From the IMG/VR virus record IMGVR_UViG_3300025018_000091: 64,000 bases of DNA. One strand, given 5' to 3'. Below the pieces are notes generated by a model. The model had not been told where the DNA came from, searched no databases, and worked only from the letters and a program-made list of their open reading frames with translations. Below, one piece after another: positions 59,681 to 64,000 of this stretch. The stretch comes from a virus. Taxonomy: Duplodnaviria; Caudoviricetes. The position numbers and the translations under genes were made by a program. Position 1 is the first letter of the stretch, and every line of letters begins with the position of its first letter.

Positions 59681-60286
59681 TTATACAGGATAATTTGTCC
59701 GAATTTTTTGAATAACTAATTGCGCTTGCTGCGCAGTTTCTTCTACGGTTCCAGAGGAATCAATTACGAAATCCGCTACCTTAATCTTTTTTTCCCTCGG
59801 AAGTTGTGATTTCAATCTAGCCACGGCTTCGTCGTATGTCAAGAGGTTGCGGCGCATCATTCTCGCGATTTGCGTTTCAGGCGCACAATGCACCACAATC
59901 AAGGGACGGTAACGCTCCGCGTCGCCAGCCTCGACGATTAATGCAGAGTCAAACCCAACGATTTTATTACCAGCATTATGAAACTTATCTATTTGATTGT
60001 CAGCTTCTTTTCTGATAAGAGGAATCATTATTGAATCTAACTTTAATCTAGCTTCTTTATTAAAAAAGATAAGATTAGCAAGTTTCTTTCTATCTAAGTA
60101 ACCATCATATGTAAAGTATTGTGGACCAAAAGTATTAAACAATTTACTATGACCAGTTGTACCTAGTTGAACTATTTCACGAGCAACTTCATCAGCATCA
60201 ACCATAGGTATATCATTCTCTTTAAAGAACTTAGTTATACGGCTTTTACCACAGGCAATACCGCCTGTTAAACCAAATGTTACCAT
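59681..60286 (-). CDS. coaE: dephospho-CoA kinase
   Basis: FGLTGGIACGKS, DADEVAREIV, LDRKKLA.LIF, Q.ARMMRRN, ARLKSQ. Confidence 0.93.
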   Translation of the reverse strand: MVTFGLTGGIACGKSRITKFFKENDIPMVDADEVAREIVQLGTTGHSKLFNTFGPQYFTYDGYLDRKKLANLIFFNKEARLKLDSIMIPLIRKEADNQIDKFHNAGNKIVGFDSALIVEAGDAERYRPLIVVHCAPETQIARMMRRNLLTYDEAVARLKSQLPREKKIKVADFVIDSSGTVEETAQQAQLVIQKIRTNYPV

Positions 60287-61617
60287 TATGTGTTCCTATG
60301 GGTTAAGAAGATAGTCTTCTAATATATGCTGCAATAAACCGTTAATTTCTTCAATTAGAAGATATCTTTCATCAGTTTCATCTTCAGGATAACAATTTAC
60401 ATAAAGCTTTCCTCCATCATTCCAGAACTTACCACCAAATCCTAACACCGAACAGCAGCGATATTCTACACCATCTTCATGAGTAAAGTAATTGATGAAG
60501 TCATCTCTATGCCAAGGTTCTGCGCCTAAACGTTCTTCAAGAAGATCATATATTTTATGATATAAAGATTCAGGTAAGATCATAGATATCCCCTAAACAA
60601 TTTTGATTTCTCATGAAGATATTCTAGCTTAAAAAGCAGCCCTCGTAAATGTGGCGATTTATAATCTGGATGCTTCATAGAAATAAGTTGTCGCATATAA
60701 TGCAAATCGGATAATAGTGTCTTACGTTCATCATGAGATAATGAACTGAACCATTTATCTATTGTGTTTTTTCTTATAAAGAACATTTAAAAATCAATTT
60801 ATTCTCAATAGTAATCCTGATAGTAGCCTGGGTCATCATATTCATAATCATCTGGTGGGTCAAAATCATCAAAGTCTTTAGCCATATCAGCGATTCTTTC
60901 TTTGATCGATTCTCGCTCATCTCTTGTTAATTTGTGATACCAATCATTTCCATTAGAATCAATAACCGATTCAATTTCAGTACCACCATCATCCGGTTCA
61001 CAATCCTCTGGATACTTACCAGTATGTCCAGGATAATAATATGAATTACCTTCAACAGTTAAGGCAACACTGACAATATCGTATTCGAAATCATCTTCAA
61101 GATTTGGAAGGTCTGCTTCTTTAAAAAGTTCCCCCGTTTCTCGATCTTTATATCTTTCAATTTCAAATTCAAATTCAGCGTTACCTGAGTAACCACCTTT
61201 TTTATTCATGATATCTACTCAATTCAGTTTAATAACTCTATCAATTTTGAATGAAAAACGTTCTTTAAAAGAATCTTTTTGAGGACTAACCCTAAGCCAG
61301 AAGTGTTCACCATCATCACAAATCTCATCCACTACACCAATGATCCTCTTACCTTCATAAAGATGAACACCAATAACTTCATTAAGCTTGATATCAACTT
61401 TCTTAATGACCGGAAACAAGAGGCATGAGTTTTCGTTTATAACAGAATTGACAACCATAGTTACCTCCGCGAATGTTAGAATTTATTTCAGCATCTTATA
61501 TCATTGAGACTAATTCCTCAATACCAACTCCTCTATCAAATCTCTCACCTAAACATGCCAAAGCAGTAATAGTTAGTTAGCTTTGCTGCAAGTTTTTATC
61601 GCTCGGTACGTAAGCTG

Positions 61618-61640
61618 GCTTGCCCCCCTTACTCGATGGG
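61618..61640 (-). promoter_or_regulatory. 24-bp dispersed upstream motif, copy 5
   Basis: GCTTGCCC-CCC-TTACTCGATGGG. Confidence 0.7.
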
Positions 61641-61650
61641 ACACGCCACT

Positions 61651-61666
61651 TGGCACGGTTTTTGCT
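61651..61666 (+). promoter_or_regulatory. sigma54-type -24/-12 consensus
   Basis: TGGCAC-GGTTT-TTGCT. Confidence 0.4.
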
Positions 61667-63257
61667 TTGCCTTATTAAGGAAGCAATTCAGGAACAGATG
61701 CAGAAGGTGCAGGAACAATAGGTGCAGGATAAGCCCAAAGAGTAGAGCTTGCTGCGACTGTTGCAGAAGTATCTGGTTTTACTTTAGAAGTAATTTCATT
61801 TTCATTTGGAGTAATATCCAAAGGACAGTACCAATCCATTTTTGTATACCACTTTGGTTTCTTAGGAGTTTCTCTTCTTGGTTCAGGATCTTTGGCAGCA
61901 GGTGTCCTATAAGGATCTATATTTATTTCTTTATTACAATGTGGACAAAACATTTGTACCTTATGCGGCAGCCAAACCGAAAAACAAGTATTTCACACCG
62001 CTGTCTTTATCCTTAAATTGGACACAGCCAGCAGGTCCCCACTTATCATTGATTTTTTCATCACCATTCTCAATAAGTTGATCGGCAAAATCATAGGCTT
62101 CCTTGTAAGAATCAAATACTTTGTCACTAACCATAACAAAAGATTCTTTCTCTGCAAGAGAGCCAGTATAGCCGCGATGACCATATTCATATGCTGCTGT
62201 TTTTGAAGCAGCAGTAAAAGCTTTCTTTGCATTCTTTCCACTAGCGATTTGAAAAAATTCTTCAGCTCCCATGATTATCCTCCAAACGTTCCATCTTCAA
62301 AACAACACCAAATACATCTTCCCATTCAAGAAATGCAGAAGCTCCATTATGCAATGTAACACTGCATCTTCCACCATTGTCCTTTGGACAGGTTTCAGCT
62401 ATATGTAAATTCTTATGCTTTCCGCCAGCTAGGCATACAATTTTTGTAGATGGACCATAAGCAAGTTTATTAAGATCTATAGGTAATGCTTCAACCAAAA
62501 CCTTACACATACCATCATCTCCTAAAGCAAACATCTCTGCTTGGAATATATCTCCATTACGAAGCTTTGTAATCATGTCCTGATTATGTTGCCTCTGCTT
62601 ATGAGATCTCTTTTGCTTCAAGAATTCACCAGGCTTCTTACCCTTTTTCATCTGTACTCTCCTTAAAGTAACTTGGATGTTCCATTCGCATGATCTTTAC
62701 GCCATGCTCACCAATGATATCTCGTTGTTCCCACCAGGCTTTTTTCCATTTTTTCACGGAAAGCTCTAGTACCGCAATTCTATCAGAATAGTATTTTTCA
62801 AGACACTTATCTGAACAGAATGTTTTTCCATCTCTTTCTATTTTTGAAGAAGAGTAGAAAACTATTTCACATATAGAACAAATTGATTTTGTCATTATTT
62901 CTTTTCTACCTTTAAAGTACCAGCATCATCAAACTTAATGATGTAGACATTATTTTCAGGCTCAACACAGATACATTGTCTGCTGTAATTTCTCTCCATC
63001 TTATAGGCAATGGTTCCTTCTGGACACTTTGAATCATCACACCTATCAGTTAGTGCAAGAAATCCCAAAGCTATACCTATTACTGCGCCCAATAACAATA
63101 GACCAATTAGACCAATCTTATCTGTATCTTTTTTCATTTGAATTTCTCGTAATAAGAATTATCTTCAATTGTTTTGGGATAAATCCATAAAATTATTCCT
63201 ATAAAGATTCCCAAAGCCCCACCTACTATAGGAATAGAATAGTTAATTAAATTTTGC

Positions 63258-63986
63258 TTATTCATCAAATTGTAATATATTTTCTATTCGTTGCTCTAGT
63301 TGAATTACTTCTTCACAATCAATCTTATTACCATCAGTAATACCTTTGAAGTAAGCATGAATATCTTTAATTAAAGACTGTGAATTGATATCAATAGATT
63401 CTTTTATAGGCTTTTCTTTTTCAGAATGTTTTGTAATACATTCATTACCTACATTAAGTATTGCTTCAGAACCAGGTTTATTCATTGCTTTAGGAACTTC
63501 AAAATATATGAAATCTAAATTGCTTTTAATTCCCTCAACTACACCCTCAGCATAAGAATGAGAATATACTGGTCCTTTGCCCCTACAATTAATAAGAATT
63601 AATTCTTCGACTTTCTTTTCTAAAGCGGAATATACAAACTTTACTGCCTGCATATTTTCTGAATCACCAATTACATAATAGGTAAACTCACTTATACCCT
63701 CGACTGGCACCGATTCCTCTTGAACCAAGAAGCAATCGTATCGAGTAGATACGCCTAAAGCTAATTGATTACGCCAGCTATCCAATCCAATAGTTGAGTA
63801 TACTTTATTACTGTCATCGTAAGGTGGCGGCTTATCCTTAATGCTCTCCAGATCCTCCTCAGTAATGTTATACTTTGCGATGAGCTTGTCTGCCATGTCA
63901 CGCGCAGTAGCGGCTTCGTTCTCGTTAGGAGAATTTGCTAAATTAAGCAGGAGCCTTATCTTATTGAGGATTAGTTCATTAGCCAT
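63258..63986 (-). CDS. DUF2786-containing protein
   Basis: KIRLLLNLANSPNENEAATARDMADKLIAKYNI. Confidence 0.8.
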   Translation of the reverse strand: MANELILNKIRLLLNLANSPNENEAATARDMADKLIAKYNITEEDLESIKDKPPPYDDSNKVYSTIGLDSWRNQLALGVSTRYDCFLVQEESVPVEGISEFTYYVIGDSENMQAVKFVYSALEKKVEELILINCRGKGPVYSHSYAEGVVEGIKSNLDFIYFEVPKAMNKPGSEAILNVGNECITKHSEKEKPIKESIDINSQSLIKDIHAYFKGITDGNKIDCEEVIQLEQRIENILQFDE

Positions 63987-64000
63987 TATTCTTTGTTAGC

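Noticed and set aside
1-64000. Alternative genetic code
   Set aside because: Long conserved genes translate intact in code 11 and end at TAA, TAG or TGA

Overview
AT-rich (roughly one third GC by eye), gene-dense segment of a jumbo/huge dsDNA phage genome. Almost all genes are on the minus strand, and most plus-strand genes are homing endonucleases. It encodes a type A RNase P RNA (1417-1761) and a ~10 kb minus-strand RNA cluster (7.4-17.1 kb). About 28 plausible tRNAs and 12 tRNA-like genes with broken or expanded anticodon arms occur in the window, most of them in this cluster. Protein genes include four CoA biosynthesis enzymes (CoaB, CoaC, CoaD, CoaE), a Ro60/Rsr (TROVE) protein, RNA/nucleotide repair enzymes (KptA, TIGR02452 macrodomain, two Nudix, CYTH, TrmH-type methylase), a putative type II R-M pair, a Dam-like methylase, a 5'-3' exonuclease, two kinase-like proteins and LemA. 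There are also many short hypothetical ORFs, only some of which are listed. The main discovery is a family of ten related ncRNAs embedded between the tRNAs. They share a covarying terminal module (stem / AUGC::UUUUG internal loop / stem / UACAU) and carry variable cargo: a circularly permuted tRNA domain as in YrlA Y RNAs, long AU-rich inserts, or almost nothing. Most are flanked within 0-6 nt by tRNA or tRNA-like bodies, suggesting a tRNA-punctuated Y-RNA-like array released by RNase P and used by the phage Ro60. Several genes carry single-base homopolymer indels, so single-nucleotide anomalies may be sequencing errors. All RNA folds were done by eye.
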